NCBI GenBank assembly: GCA_951406725.2
Contig: OX597818.1
Coordinates: 95,852,001-95,916,000, forward strand
DNA length: 64,000 nucleotides
Source of the DNA: Octopus vulgaris
Taxonomy: Eukaryota
Direction: 5' to 3'
Shown here: positions 63,859 through 64,000 of the stretch, in pieces
How positions within the stretch are numbered: the stretch's first letter is position 1
Layout: every line of letters begins with the position of its first letter
Notes under the pieces: model-generated
What the model saw: only the letters and a program-made list of their open reading frames with translations
The model's database searches: none
Told to the model about the DNA's origin: nothing
Translations under genes and position numbers: made by a program

Positions 63859-64000
63859 ACATGAGGTTATGCTAGTGTATGTGGGATTTCAAAATAGATA
63901 CACAGATCAGCAGAGGTGACTTATAAGACTTTTTTAATGGTTATCTCTCTTGCATTGGCCCTGGATTTTTGCAAGAATTTACATTCATCCTAAATGATTA

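Overview
AT-rich, microsatellite-saturated animal genomic DNA. The SINE, RTE-tail and mariner repertoire suggests an octopus or other coleoid cephalopod; this is an inference. Most of the window is transposon-derived. It holds mariner copies, Tc1/maT, pogo and hAT MITEs, non-autonomous Helitrons, a young 5'-truncated Penelope-like (Naiad-type) element with a hammerhead-ribozyme fold, a decayed RTE LINE with a PHD-type finger inside its RT, R4/Dong-like LINE remnants and many tRNA-derived SINEs. One host gene can be traced by eye on the + strand. A 396-nt exon (41963-42358) encodes a two-TM protein and is followed by an 80-nt exon. After that come four 33-36-nt symmetric phase-2 micro-exons (48294, 56822, 59077, 59805), each adding a 11-12-aa proline-rich module with S/T-P and PPxY motifs. 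This modular micro-exon tail is the most interesting signal. Next are a composite mariner that has captured a Helitron end between perfect TIRs, and several CCGANGA-variant hammerhead cores. Nearly all ORFs in the supplied track are microsatellite artefacts.
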